DNA from: Octopus sinensis | Lineage: Eukaryota | Length of the DNA stretch: 64,000 nucleotides | Assembly: GCF_006345805.1 (NCBI RefSeq) | Contig: NC_043015.1 | Location: 27,590,001-27,654,000 of the forward strand | Reading direction: 5' to 3' | In this document: in pieces, positions 1 to 13,084 of the stretch | Numbering within the stretch: the first letter of the stretch is position 1 | Layout of the letters: every line of letters starts with the position of its first letter | The notes under the pieces: generated by a model | Told to the model about the DNA's origin: nothing | Seen by the model: only the letters and a program-made list of their open reading frames with translations | The model's database searches: none | Position numbers and translations under genes: made by a program

Positions 1-563
1 TGAACTGACCTGTAGTAGAACAGCTCATTATTTATCATAAAATGCAAATGAAGCAACATTATTTAACAACTTGTGTATTGTGAAATAGGCCATTGATTGA
101 AGATTGACATTTAGAAATTGCAGGTTATATGTAAGAAGAAGGTTCCAGGTATGCATCTCTTCTGGAGATGTTAGTCATTTTTATTCTGATATTGTCTTAT
201 GGTTGATTCATTGTAGGATCATCAGTTTTATTCTTACCACAATAGCAATTTAACCAAATTGTTTACAGTAGATATTGTCACCAGTTAAATAGCTAGTGTA
301 TTTGAAAAGTAGTAAAGAGACTACTATATCTCAGTTGGCATAGCTTCAAATAGAGACAGTTACTTCCTAACTTGCTGATTTTAATCTTATGATAATGCTA
401 CGGGGGATATCAATAAAGGAGAAATGTCAATGATAACATTTGACAAGTATTCACATCAAATCATACAATGGAAATTTGTTGGTATGAAGAGCATATATTA
501 AGGTAGTCAAAATGTGAAGTGATGTTCTTTCTGCTTCATGACATTGGTAATAACTAACCAACT

Positions 564-776
564 CTAGAGAGGGACTCTTGAAGTCAAAACTACCATAATA
601 AACACATTGTACTGAACACGAGGGAATGCAACTCTCAAAACAAGCCTTTTAAAACCAAATTCAGCTGCAGATCATATGATTTCATAATTAGTGCACAAAA
701 TGCACTTTTTAATCTTCAGTGCAAGCATAATCAAGGTGTTTATTATGGCAGTTTTGACTTTAGGAGTCCCTCCTAG
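564..776. mobile_element. MITE-like element with ~45-bp imperfect terminal inverted repeats
   Basis: 564-609 ctagagagggactcttgaagtcaaaactaccataataaacacattg is the near reverse complement of 732-776 caaggtgtttattatggcagttttgactttaggagtccctcctag; non-coding interior. Confidence 0.6.
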
Positions 777-966
777 TGCGAGGCATTTATGTATAGAAAT
801 GCCTTTAATATATATATAGTAAAAGCAATTAAGATTCAAGTGAGTTCTGTTGAATTCACATGAATGCGGTACTTAACTTAGATGCACCAGAAATCTATAT
901 GGTATTAACCATAAGATAATGCGGGGTGATTATAAACAAGAAAAAAGCAACAAAAATGGATCAATA

Positions 967-1056
967 TTTCGGTACAATTGTTTCGTACGAAGACCAGCTT
1001 TATTAAGGCTGCAAATATTGCAGTAAATATAAGTGACCCGTACTCATCAGCCGAAA
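967..1056 (-). ncRNA. Type I hammerhead ribozyme (left arm)
   Basis: Minus strand: UUUCGG-CUGAUGA-GUAC...GUAC-GAAA-CAAUUG-UA-CCGAAA. Stem I 6 bp, stem II, palindromic stem III, GUA cleavage triplet. Confidence 0.85.
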
Positions 1057-1686
1057 AAACATCTGAGTTCTCCAAACATCTAAGGGGGTGAGGTTACACT
1101 CCTGAAACATCAGGGATTGTTCTATAAAAATCAGATTTAGATAACAAACGTAAATCCATCCATATTGAAGTAAGTTTGATTTCTGGAGATATGAGGAGAG
1201 ATTTCATACTCACAGACTATGCATTTATCCATAATTAGTCCATAATAAAGTGTGTTTCCTGATGTATGATGATATACTGGTTACATTTCTGAAAATTTCT
1301 CAAAACTGGTATGTTAGAATTTTGTTTGTTGAAGGAAAGTTAGTGGAGCATAGAGACAATCACTCACATAGGGTATAATGGGGTAACTGAGAGGGGAAGG
1401 GGATGTGAATATCCAACTACGCAGAATAGTTTAGTCTGTGAGTATGAAATCTCTCCTCATATCTCCAGAAATCAAATTTACTTCAATATGGATGGATTTA
1501 CAATTTCATTTTCTGGGAAACTAAAAGGTTTTTTAAAATACTTTTTTAAAACCTGTTATATGACTGTGCAACATTAAAGAACTTTGGAAGTCCGTTTGTT
1601 ATCTAAATCTGATTTTTATAGAACAATCCCTGATGTTTCAGGAGTGTAACCTCACCCCCTTAGATGTTTGGAGAACTCAGATGTTT

Positions 1687-1776
1687 TTTCGGCTGATGAG
1701 TACAGGTTACTTATATTTACTGAAATATTTGCAGCCTTCATAAAGCTGGTCTTCGTACGAAACAATTGTACCGAAA
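1687..1776 (+). ncRNA. Type I hammerhead ribozyme (right arm)
   Basis: TTTCGG 1687-1692, CTGATGA 1693-1699, GTAC 1700-1703 pairing with GTAC 1755-1758, GAAA 1759-1762, CAATTG-T-A 1763-1770, CCGAAA 1771-1776. Confidence 0.85.
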
Positions 1777-1815
1777 TATTGATCCATTTTTGTTGCTTTT
1801 TTCTTGTATGTATAT

Positions 1816-1869
<54 letters not shown>

Positions 1870-2591
1870 ACTGAAATGCGTTTTTACCGCTTGGATCGCT
1901 TTCAAGGCCACTACATCCCATCCAATTCACTCCAAAATTTACAGGGACCATGTAAAATGAGGTGACGATGCCCATGGGCTACCTTAGAAATCCCTATCTT
2001 AAAAGGTGTCGTTGCTAGGGGCCAAAAACCCACTTTGACAAGTCCACTTCCGTTCTTTTACGTATATGTCTTCCTCACTCACTCACGCTATTTCCTCCAT
2101 TCCCCTCTAACTCCCCTTCAGTTTCCCTTTATAAGTTCGTCAATCAGCGTTCTTTTATGTATCTGTCTGCATTCATAGAGAGAATTATCAACAACACACA
2201 AGCATGAGAACAAATATTATGAATCAGATATTTCTTGCGTTCATTTATGTGTGTGTGTGTGTGTGTGTGTGTGTTCTATATATAAATATGTATATATAAT
2301 GTATATATACAAAGTGTATATATCTGTATTTATGTATATTAAACTTTTTAATACTTTTTGATAGTTATATATATTTTTAAACAAATTATAAATATAATTT
2401 AATAATTTTTATTTTAAATTTAAATAATTTAAATTTTTCAATTTTATATATTATATATTTTCTATATTATATTTTTATTTTCATGTTTTTGTTTTTGGTT
2501 TTTCACTGTTTGATTTGCCTATTAGTGGTTTTATCTCTAATTAAATTTATACATATATATATAATTTGTATACATTTGTATATATAATGCG

Positions 2592-2635
<44 letters not shown>

Positions 2636-3449
2636 ATGTGTGCATTATGTGGTCGGTCGGTTCAGCTGAAAATATTCACACCTATGTTAAAAGTGCTGGC
2701 AAGTTTGCACGACAACTATTTTTTTCCTCAAATGAAAGGCGTCACCTCTAGGACAAAATTACTCATCTTATAAAATGTGGCCCCAGTAGACCCGAATGAA
2801 ATCGAGTTATATTAACCAAAATGTGAAAAGGGGTCTAAATGGGGCTGGAAGGGGATTAAAATTTAAAGGAGCGAGTGTTTAGGAATTCTCTGTTACATCA
2901 CGCTAAAAAATTTGCACCAGCCTTTTAATCGTCAATGTGTTACCATCCATGATGAAGAAGTTTTGAATGCTTGTCATGGTGAGTCTACTGTCATGAGAAA
3001 GAATCACTTCAAAACTTGGTGTTTACGAATTTTCTTTTACATCAAGTTCAAAATTTTACGCCAGCCGTTAAACTGTCAATACGTTGCTGTCCATCGATAA
3101 GAAATGCCAGCCATGGTGACTCTACTATCCTCAGATTCTATCCCTTCAAACTTTGGTTTCCAATATTTTATTATTTTTATTCAGCTCGCAAGTTCGTCTG
3201 TCCCATTTAAATGTTAGCGTTTTGCTGTCAGCCTTGAAGCAGACCTTTCCGTTGCCATTGCCTGATATTTATGATTGATCTTTCTAAATATTTTATTTCT
3301 CAACTTACTCAAGATCTTTTGTTGTTTATAAATGAGAGAGAGATAGATAAAGATAGAGAGTAAGAGAAAGCGAGGGAGAGCCCAAGAGAAAAGAAAAGTA
3401 AGAGAGTGGGAAAGTGAGAGAGAAAGGAGAGAGAAACAAAGAGGGAGAA

Positions 3450-3760
3450 TCATCATCATCATCATCGTTTAACGTCCGTTTTCCATGCTAGCATGGATTG
3501 GACAGTTTGACCGGGGTCTGGGAAGCCAGGAGGCTGCACCAGGCTCCAGTCTGATCTGGCAGTGTTTCTACAGGTGGATGCCCTTCCTAATGCCAACCAC
3601 TCTGTGAGCGTAGTGGGTGCTTTTTTGTGCCGCCGGCACAGGTGCCAGGAGGGCTGGCAGCAGCCACGCTCGGTTGGTGCTTTTTACGTGCCACCGGCAC
3701 AGAAGCCAGTCAAGGCAGCGCTGCAATCAGCCACGTTCAGATGGTGCTTTTTACATGCTG
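3450..3760 (-). repeat. Short copy of the RTE 3' UTR with (GAT)n tail
   Basis: (TCA)n-gtttaacgtccgttttccatgctagcatgg...gatgcccttcctaatgccaacc; reverse complement of the 3' end of the RTE LINE at 30860-31101. Confidence 0.75.
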
Positions 3761-3959
3761 AAAGGAAGCAACAGAAAGTAACAACCACACTCTTACCCGC
3801 GCGTAGAGTAAGAGTGTATACTTCAGCTAGTATATATATATACATATATATTATTCTTTTATTCCTTTATACGATTCAGCCCTGAGGCTGTGGCCATGCT
3901 GAAGCACAGCCAGTGGAATATTATTATTGTTGTTGTTGCTGTTGTTCTTGTTAAGATTA

Positions 3960-4700
3960 GTGGTGGGGAAGTGTCATGACTTTCTCTAGGCGCCGCCGAG
4001 AATGAACTGACTTTCTGTTCGGGAACTATCATGGATAATTTCCGGATGTCCTTGGTCTGGCAGTGCTACTGGGGGTGGTGGGTGCTACCAGTTTGGGACA
4101 AGCTCTACAGGCACAGACGTGCTGTCAGATGGACCTGTCCAAGGTGCACGCAGTGTGACAAAACTATTCTGCACACCCTCATTCAGTGTCAAGGCATTTC
4201 TGATTTGTGGGGTTATGTTGACTAATCCATCAGTTGGCCAAGTCTGTAGTAATAATTGCACTGCTGCCTTCTTTCAATCAGGCAGGTAAGGCAGTTTTCC
4301 CTTGCCTGGTGGCTGTGGCGAAAAAAGTTGTTTGGTGTACAAGACTGAAAGGCATGAGGACAGATCCATTCCTCTCATTGACTTTTTCAAGTGTTACTTG
4401 AAAAGGAAATTGAGAGTGGAGAGGGAAGTGCTGTCCTCAAGTGTGTTTATTGAAAGGTGGGTGAAAGTTATGAAAATGGCAAGAGTGGATGGTACCTCTC
4501 TAAGTGTAGACATGTGAGTCAGAGAGAAAGAATTGGAGAGGGCACTTGCTCCTAGGGTTTCAGGGAAATCTTTGACAGTGTAGCTCTTCGATTATCCCTA
4601 GAGGCGTTCATGTATCAGGAGGGCCACATCTCTATCATCTCCCCCATTTTTTTTTTTACCTTTGTAAGCTATGCATATGTCTCTTTTTCAAATGTATACC
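3960..4700 (+). mobile_element. L1/Tx1-like LINE ORF2 C-terminal fragment, degenerate
   Basis: CPRCTQCDKTILHTLIQC zinc-knuckle-like motif and KRKLRVEREVLSSSVFIERW in broken frames, followed by a T-rich 3' UTR. Confidence 0.5.
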
Positions 4701-4702
4701 AT

Positions 4703-5071
4703 ACTCTCTTTTACTCTTTTACTTGTTTCAGTCATTTGACTGCGGCCATGCTGGAGCACCACCTTTTAGTACTTATTCTATCGGTCTCTTTTTGCCGAAC
4801 CGCTAAGTGACGGGGACCTAAACACACCAGCATCGGTTGTCAAGCAATGCTAGGGGGACAAACACAGACACACAAACACACACACATATACATATATATA
4901 CATATATACGACAGGCTTCTTTCAGTTTCCGTCTACCAAATCCACTCACAAGGCATTGGTCGGCCCGGGGCTATAGCAGAAGACACTTGCCCAAGATGCC
5001 ACGCAGTGGGACTGAACCCGCAACCGCGTGGTTGGTTAGTAAGCTACTTACCACACAGCCACTCCTGCGCC
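4703..5071 (-). mobile_element. tRNA-derived SINE, family A
   Basis: Minus-strand head GGCGCAGGAGTGGCTGTGTGG (A-box-like) ... GGTTCAGTCCC (B-box-like); tail aaatgactgaaacaagtaaaagagtaaaag; many copies in the window. Confidence 0.75.
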
Positions 5072-5221
5072 TATATACTATATACCATGTATACTTTTTT
5101 TTTTTATTATTTCACTATTATATGTAAACCCCCACACTTTATATCTGTCTGTATATCGTCCCCCTCATCCTTCGCCTTTGTGGTAAATAAATGAAATCAT
5201 TATTATTATTATTATTATTAC

Positions 5222-5278
<57 letters not shown>

Positions 5279-5287
5279 TACTACTAC

Positions 5288-5502
5288 TACTCTTTTACTC
5301 TTTTACTTGTTTCAGTCATTTGACTGTGGCCATGCTGGAGCACCACCTTTAGTCAAGCAAATCGACCTCAGGACTTATTTTTTGTAAGCCTAGTACTTAT
5401 TCTATTGGCCTCTTTTGCCAAACCACTAAGTTACAGGGATGTAAACACACCAGCATCGGTTGTCAAGCGATGTTGGGGGGACAAACACAGACACACAAAC
5501 AC

Positions 5503-5545
<43 letters not shown>

Positions 5546-5707
5546 ATGGGCTTCTTTCAGTTTCCGTCTACCAAATCCACTCACAAGGCTTTGGTGGGTC
5601 CCGAAGCTATAATAGAAGACACTTATCCAAGGTGCCACGCAGTGGGTCTGAACCCGGAACCATGTGGTTGGTAAGCAAGCTACTTACCATACAGCCACTC
5701 CTGTGCC
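5288..5707 (-). mobile_element. tRNA-derived SINE, family A
   Basis: Same head and tail as 4703-5071; preceded by (TTA)n/(CTA)n. Confidence 0.75.
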
Positions 5708-5744
5708 TAACTACTTACCTCACAGCCATATATATATATATATA

Positions 5745-5935
5745 ATAATAAATATTAGGGAATAAATCCAAATTTACAGGGAAAAATCAGATTTAGGATT
5801 GAATCCAATTTTATAGTAAAATATTATATTATATTAAATTAGAGACAAAACCATGCAAATCAAACAAAGAAAGACTTAAGCCAATACATAAAATAATTTA
5901 TATAATTAAATTTAATTAAAATTAATTAAAAAAAA
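5745..5935 (-). repeat. Solo 3' tail of the PLE-derived family at 47724-48122
   Basis: Reverse complement of 47960-48122 (gtggttttgtctctaatttaata...ggattcaatcctaaatctgattttt); flanked by (TA)n. Confidence 0.7.
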
Positions 5936-5939
5936 TATA

Positions 5940-5975
<36 letters not shown>

Positions 5976-6420
5976 TACGGTTTGTAATCTACCAAATCTA
6001 CTTACGAGGCTTTGATTGGGCTTAGATTGTAGTAGAAGACACTCACCCAAGGGGCCATGCAATGAGACTAAACATGAAACCACATTGTTGGGAAGCAAGC
6101 TTCTTTGCCACACTACCACACCTACACCTAATTATATTTGGTCACATTGCAGTTGAGAATCAAAAATATATTTTTGATAAATTTCTCTTTCTACAGATAT
6201 GTCCTTCTATGAATATGTCTCTTGGCCAATATTTCAAAGTGTTGTTAGTGCAGTTTAGAATCTGTATGGAAAATCATTCCTATTTTTAGGTGGTAGTCTT
6301 TATCGGTCATCCAGTGCCTTTAGAAGAATCCACTCTTTTGTGTGCATTTATATCAAGTCTCTAATATAAGAATCTTTCTCCTATCATACAGTTCTATATT
6401 TGAGAGATGAGGAATTATGT

Positions 6421-6549
6421 GCATTATTTACATTATTTACATTATTTACATTCAACTGATATTTGTCCTCATCTTGTTTGTGTTAGCAACAAACAAGATG
6501 AAGACAAATATCTGTTGAATGTAAATAGTGTAAATAATGTAAATAATGC
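6421..6549. repeat. Short hairpin of two PLE-type tails joined tail-out
   Basis: 6421-6484 is the reverse complement of 6488-6549; the same tail follows a partial hammerhead at 54218-54294. Confidence 0.7.
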
Positions 6550-8319
6550 TTTTCCCTATCAGTTTTGAAAATCCTGAAAAGTGTCATTGACACTGGCTTC
6601 CATTTTCTAGGTCATTAAAACACTAATGTAATGCATTTAGTTACACCACCCTGTTGCAGTATTATATCAACTACCTGTATCACTGTTATCAATATTATAT
6701 CACCTACCTGTATCACTGTTATCTCATGACATAAGCATGTGTGGGTTGGTGATGGATATAGTCAATTGTACTATCTCCAATATTTGACTGGTACTTTGTT
6801 TAACCAAATTCGAAGCATTAAAATGTAAACAGTGGGATTTGAACTGAAAATATAAAGAGATATAACTCAATACTAGAAACCAATTTTTTATACTCTAATG
6901 GTTCTACCAATCTAACACAGTTATCACTGTAAAGTGTAAAACTCTACTGCCACAGCCATCTCCACTGCTTTATAATATTTTTTAACAATAGGTAATTTTA
7001 TTAATATAAAATTAGAATTTGGGATTTTATCTTGTATCAAATTATTTTTTCTAACTTTTACTTTTCAAATTTCAAATGGTTTTTATTGAATTCCATTAAA
7101 GTTTATAACATTTTAAACTTTTATTTATTGTTATTTATATCTTAACCAATAAAATGTGATGAAATTCAATAAATTTGAAATGCACTTGAAAACATTAACA
7201 GAAGGAATTCCTTAGCAACATCAATTATTAAACATCTTAACCTCCTCCCACATTCTTTTTTTTTTTCTTAAAATATCATTCAAAATGATAAAGAGTTTTC
7301 TCATATATATATATTTGGTTTTGTTTTTACAATTAATAATTATAAAAACTACTATTCCTAAAAACATCCTTGTAAAAATCTTCAGTCTCATTCTCCCCCC
7401 CCCCCTCTCTCTTTCTTTCATATGTTTTTACTTTCATTGTTATTTTTTACAGTATCTAATTCCTGAAGACATTTAATGAATTCTATTTCTTATTTGTTTC
7501 CAATCAACATTTTACTCCTTGCTTTTTTTTCTATTTTCCTCTTCTTTAATGCCTAGAACAGAATGTTAAATTTCTATTTCAACCCTTGTTATTAAAAGTA
7601 GTTTCTAAATTTTCTGTTAGTTTCCCCTGCTTCCACAAGGACTCTGATTGAATAAATCATAAAAAGGATTATACTGTAATGTGATTGACTTTTTTTAAAA
7701 AAAGAAAATGGCTACACATTAGGTTTCATTTCTCCGAGGAAAGAACTCATGAGATTAAATTATGTCATGTCAGATTCTGTAGAAATGAAAAACAAAAGCT
7801 AAAAACTTTTTTTTAAAATTAAAAACACAAACAAACCCCTTAAAGTAAACAGCTCTCTGTAAATAAGAGGCATTCTGATAACTTTCATCTGAAGAGTAAG
7901 TGCTTCATGTCACATGGGTTTTCATCATACTATCAATTAAAAAGCATTCAACCTCATGGTAATTGTCCTTTGAAATTGCAGATGGCCTTTTTTTAGTTGT
8001 AAACATTACCAGAAACTAGTCAGGGAGAATGATGTGGTATCAAAAAGATTCTTTCTGTGTTCAGTTTGAACATAATAAAATATATTTTTCTGAGAATATC
8101 ACAGTTCTTAATAATTCTGCATTTGAAATTCAATTTTCCTTTTTATGATTGAAGAAAGAATGGAAACTATGAACATATCTATTGTTATTTTAACACTTTC
8201 AGATTATTTTTGTGTCTTTTAAATTCATTAGTTTAAGTAGGTAAAGAAGCTCTAGGAGAAAGGACAAAGAAGAGGTTGATGCAAGAGAGATTGAATCAAC
8301 TGAATATATATATATATAT

Positions 8320-8396
8320 ACTAGCAGAGATACCCAGCGTTGCGCGTGTTACATTCAATTGAAGAATTAGACTTTTCTGTAATGAACTGGAATATC
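8320..8396 (+). mobile_element. Helitron-like non-autonomous element 5' end, interrupted by the mariner
   Basis: actagcagagatacccagcgttgc start after (TA)n resembles invertebrate non-autonomous Helitron 5' ends; probable continuation 9669-10880. Confidence 0.4.
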
Positions 8397-8398
8397 TA

Positions 8399-9666
8399 TA
8401 AGGGGCGTTCAATAAGTAATGCCCCTGACCCACTTCCCATAGAAGTAGAGCAACGAAACTTGGCACAGTTATTAGTCTTTTTCTACATAGGAACCACCCA
8501 GAGTTACGCATTTCTCCCATCGTTTGATGCAGCTCTGGAGACCGTTTTTGCAGAATACTCCAGTTTGGTCCTCCAACCACGACGTGACTTCAGAAATCAA
8601 GGCTACATCATCTGGGAAACGCTTTCCTTTCAAAAAAAACTTCATGGCTGGGAAGAGGTGAAAATCAGAGGGTGCAAGGTCAGGAGAGTAGGGGGGATGG
8701 GGGAGGAGTTCATAGCCGCACGTCTGTGCTTCTGATCTGGCGACACGCCAGAGCGTTGTCCTGCAGGAGGAGGATGCCTTTGCTGATCTTGCCCCGCCTC
8801 TTGATTTTGATAGCTTCTCTTAATTTCCTCAAAAGTGAAGCATAATAGGCTCCTGTAATTGTGGTACCCTTTGCCAGGAAATCTGTCATCACTACTCCAT
8901 CCTGGTCCCAGAAGACTGTGAGCATGAGGGCTGCACCCTTACCTTCTTTGGAGGCGGTGAGTCACGGTGCTTCCCCTGCATTGACTGGGCTTTGGTCTCT
9001 GAATCATAGTGATGGACCCAGGTTTCATCCTGTGTAATCAGTCTTTTGAAAAATTTTGACTCATCTTCTTGGCACATCTCCAAATTCATCCTCGAGCACT
9101 CGACACGTTCTTGCTTCTGGAAAGGTGTGAGCAACCTGGGAATCCATCTGGCAGACACCTTTTGCATATGCAAATGGTCATGAATGATAGTTTCCACAGA
9201 CCCGGTACTAATCTTGACCTCATGGGCTATTTGGCGAATAGTTATGCGTCGATCTTCCAAAATGGCAGCCTCAACTTGACGGACAGATGCCTCATCAATG
9301 GCAGAAGGGGGCGACCAGATCTGGGAGCTGTTTCCACAGAGTTCCGACCATGTTTAAATTCATGATGCCAGCGTTTTACAAGGTCATATGATGGGGCATC
9401 ATCACCATAAGTTACTTTCATTTCATCAAAAGTCTCCCGTGGTGTGCGTCCTTTCAAATACAAAAACCGGATTACTGCTCGACACTCAACTGGCTCCATT
9501 TCACACTTGACTCTGTTCAAACACCTGTAAATCAGAAACTACAATTAGTTCAGAGCTGTAATTTGCCACTTAATCTATAGAGATATACATAATTGCACAT
9601 GCAAAATTTCAGCTAGATCAATAAACTGCAAGTGGATCAGGAGCATTACTTATTGAACGTCCCTCG
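8399..9666 (-). mobile_element. Full-length mariner (DD34D) transposon
   Basis: TIRs TAAGGGGCGTTCAATAAGTAATGCCCCTGACCCACTT (left) and reverse complement of AAGTGGATCAGGAGCATTACTTATTGAACGTCCCTCG (right); TA at 8397-8398 and 9667-9668; 1268 bp. Confidence 0.95.
8490..9520 (-). pseudogene. Mariner transposase, frameshifted into at least four pieces
   Basis: HTH N-terminus (RAVIRFLYLKG...VKRW), WIPRLL, DETWVHHYD, LQDNA, and HPPYSPDLAPSDFHLF read manually at ~8650-8710. Confidence 0.93.
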
Positions 9667-10917
9667 TATGTTTCGAATTTCATCAAAATTGCAGATTAAA
9701 AAATTGTAATCGTGCCACATATATCCCATACTACTGATTTTTATGCACATATTCCAAAATTCTAGTCTTATTGAACCTGTTAAAAAGATTTTGCTCCTGA
9801 AAAATGATGGTAATGGAGCTCTAAAATGTGAGAGTTAAGGCCCCTGTTGGGGGTGGGCATCTTAATGTCAACCAGAAAAGTTGAATTGTTGAGAATCTTT
9901 TTAACTTGGGTCTTATATCTATTGTTTGAATTTCTTTGAAATAGGAAATATATGTTCACTGGGTTTGTAAAAGAGAGCAAAGCTACAGGAAACTAAAAGA
10001 CAATGTTCACAATAAGCAGTCAGCTACCCTACCCTAGTCGTTGCCACTCCCAATGTAGGATTCCTCACCATCCAGGTGACAGGCACCGCTGTAAGATGCA
10101 TTACGAATGTATAGCAATTGGTAGGGCATGACCCAACTGAAATAAACATTAACAACTGTGTGACGTGAGGGCTAAAGAGAAATGAAAGTGTCACCTCTGG
10201 AGTTTGCAAATGACCACTATACCGATACGTAACTGGATAGAATAAATATACAATCTATGAATGTCTTTGAATAACCAGTCACTCATCTGGGAAGGCCTTG
10301 AAATCAATGTTACCATTTGGGGACTAAGTGTGACCCAGTGATAATAAAAAGACTGAAATGAGGTCTGCAATCAAATAACTTTACTCAACACTTTGCAACT
10401 GAATCAGTGGAGGCAAAGATGCCTCACATTTACTCGACAATTTATGCAGCACATTGCAGAAATCACAATGTAAGTGTATGTCAAAGCAAACTGTTACACT
10501 GTTGTACCATTGAATTACAAATAATGCTCATCTTTTATAATTGGGTAATCGTACAGCTTCCAAGGGCACAACTGTATTTTAATTTTTGCTTGGATAAAAT
10601 GAAAAAATTGTGGGTGTTAAATCCCCATGGAGGAGTCTTTCTAACTTGTAAGATGATGAAATTTTATAAATATTACTTCATTTGTGTCTAATATCTATGG
10701 TTAAAATTTCATCAACAGCAAAAATATATGAATTGTCATGGGGGTTATGGCCCTTATGCATAGAATATAATTTCCAAATTTCATAAAGATCCATTCAGTA
10801 CTTTTGACCCAGTTTTGGATCATAAAAGAAATAACTAAAATTTGCGAGTTAAGGCCCCCATTAGGGTGTTTTATATATATACACACACACATACAAAGAC
10901 ACACACACACACATACA

Positions 10918-11213
10918 AAGATAAATTGACAGATACAACTGAGTGGGCAAACAAAAATATGAAACACAGCCTAGTGTTTTTTTATGCTGATAAGCCTGGT
11001 ACTTATTCTATTAGTTTGTTCTTGTGAAACCAGTAAGTATGGGACTATAAATAAATGAACAGCATTGTGAAGCAGTGATGAGGGCGAAATACAGAGACAA
11101 AGACACACACATACACTTACATATATATATACATACATACATATATATACGATTTGTTTCAGTTCCTGTCTACAGAATCCATATATATATATATATATGT
11201 ACAAGCATGCGCG

Positions 11214-11255
<42 letters not shown>

Positions 11256-11640
11256 GAGAAATTGATAGATACAACTGAGTGGACAAACAAAAATATGAGA
11301 CACTGCCTAGTGCTTTTTTTTTTATTTTAATAAGCCTGGTACTTATTCTATCAGTTTCTTCTTGTGAAACCAGTAAGTTATGGGGATGTAAATAAACGAA
11401 CACCAGTTTTGAAGCAGTGATGAAGGAGAAACACAAAGACACACACATAGACTTACATATATACATATATATACAATTGATTTCTTTCAGTTTCTGTCTA
11501 CAAAATACACTGACAAGGCTTTGGTTGGTCTTAGGCTATAGCAGAATACACATGCCAAGTTACCACACAGTGGGACTGAACTGAGGACCATGTGTTTTGG
11601 AACCAAGTTTGTTACAACACAGCCACACCTGCACCTATGT
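10918..11640 (-). repeat. Old family A SINE remnants in a ~335-bp tandem duplication
   Basis: 10918-11180 and 11253-11500 are diverged direct copies (gatacaactgagtgg...aagcctggtacttattcta...); SINE head at ~11500-11640. Confidence 0.6.
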
Positions 11641-11762
11641 ATGTGTGTGTGTGTGGGGGGGTGTATATATGTATGCATGCGTATATGTGTATATATATGT
11701 GCACATATTACATGTACATCTATATATATATATACATCTACACATACATGTATACATATACA

Positions 11763-11808
<46 letters not shown>

Positions 11809-11837
11809 CATCCATATATATACATGTATATGTATAC

Positions 11838-11904
<67 letters not shown>

Positions 11905-11954
11905 ACATCCATATATATATATATATACATGTATATGTATACATATATATATAT

Positions 11955-12192
11955 GATGATGATGATAGCCGTCCACTCGTGACCGAGGAAGACCATTGCC
12001 GACCTTCAGGAACATTGTGTGCTCTATGACTAACTTATATTTTGCATTTGCAGCTCCGTTGGTGGCTAATGTGCCCTGCTCTTGACAAGCATACACGACT
12101 GCAAACATTGCAGACCAAGCTTTCCCCATTCACTATACACTTAAGTTCTTCATGATGGATACGTGCTCTCTCAAAAGTGTTGATCCCCTCCT
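11955..12192 (-). mobile_element. 5'-truncated 3' end of the RTE-BovB family
   Basis: Near-identical to 20648-20900 (gccgtccactcgtgaccgaggaagaccattgcc...), with a short internal deletion and a (CAT)n tail. Confidence 0.85.
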
Positions 12193-12439
12193 TAATATTA
12201 ATTTGATTAATATGAATTGAAAACCAGTGGTGTAGCATATAAGACCATAGTGGATCTTCTTCTAGCAAAATGGATGTCCACTGTTAATGTTTCATCCCTC
12301 ATATATAATAGTTTGACTTTAATAGTTTCAGTATTAAAGTGAAAGTATCTGACATTACAATAGAGATATGTTTTTGTTTCACTTTTAACATGTAATACTG
12401 AAATAGTGGAGAAGATATGATATTGCTGTGGGCTCGCCC

Positions 12440-12612
12440 TAGGAAAGAATTTAGAAAATTTTTTGCCCATGACACTACATGGACCCTAAGTAAAGCATGT
12501 GTAAAATTTGAATGAAATTGGTTGTGTAGTTCTCAAGTTTTAGGGATTCACACAGACAGACCGATAGACAGACAGACACATAGACGCACATTCTCAGTTT
12601 TATATGTATAGA
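12440..12612 (+). mobile_element. Helitron-like non-autonomous 3' end
   Basis: aaatttgaatgaaattggttg...(ACAG)n...cattctcagttttatatgtatagat, typical of microsatellite-bearing Helitron-like 3' ends. Confidence 0.45.
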
Positions 12613-12689
12613 TATATACATACATAAATATACATATATATATAGTTACAGCTCTCTGAACATTGCCCAGCCTGCTCTTATTTTATCAT

Positions 12690-12718
12690 ATATCTATCTA
12701 TATCTATCTATCTATCTA

Positions 12719-12759
<41 letters not shown>

Positions 12760-12801
12760 GCAGCCCTGTGTGGCCAATAAAGAAACTTATCTATCTAATC
12801 A

Positions 12802-12889
<88 letters not shown>

Positions 12890-12988
12890 GCAGCCCTGTG
12901 TGGCCAATAAAGAAACTTATCTATCTAATCAATCTATCTATCCATCTATATATCTATCTACCTACCTACCTACCTATCTATCTATCTA

Positions 12989-13080
<92 letters not shown>
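12690..13080. repeat. (TATC)n compound microsatellite with an internal unique-sequence duplication
   Basis: ctgcagccctgtgtggccaataaagaaactt occurs at ~12757 and ~12888 within TATC runs. Confidence 0.9.

Positions 13081-13084
<4 letters not shown>

Larger units (their letters stand above)
934..1808. mobile_element. Foldback element derived from a Penelope-like 3' end/pLTR; two hammerhead-bearing arms facing outward
   Basis: 934-1218 is the reverse complement of 1434-1808, with an extra ~92 bp (1502-1593) in the right arm. Each arm carries a hammerhead. A KCIVCEYE CxxC frame on the minus strand near 1200-1240 resembles a PLE C-terminus. Confidence 0.7.

Noticed and set aside
118-155. Possible 25-nt micro-exon (ttgcag GTTATATGTAAGAAGAAGGTTCCAG gtatgc)
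   Set aside because: Splice-like dinucleotides alone are common; no partner exons or homology.
4725-4745. AGTC-aaat-GACT-GAAA hairpin in the family A SINE tail resembling half a hammerhead
   Set aside because: No CUGANGA-like core upstream in any copy here; more simply a 3' stem-loop.
8340-8735. 131-aa plus-strand ORF, and other ORFs antisense to transposons (18303-18773, 21310-21648, 34555-34908)
   Set aside because: Antisense shadows of the transposase or RT frames.
11487-12029. Long ORFs rich in IY/YI, HT, CV or LSIY (also 1652, 12663, 19811, 31080, 45101, 60074, 63200 and others)
   Set aside because: Translations of (TA)n, (CA)n, (TATC)n and (CAGA)n microsatellites; no coding evidence.
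12663-12950. Repeat-spacer-like pattern suggesting a CRISPR array
   Set aside because: Only two copies of one unique motif inside a TATC microsatellite, in eukaryotic context with no cas genes.
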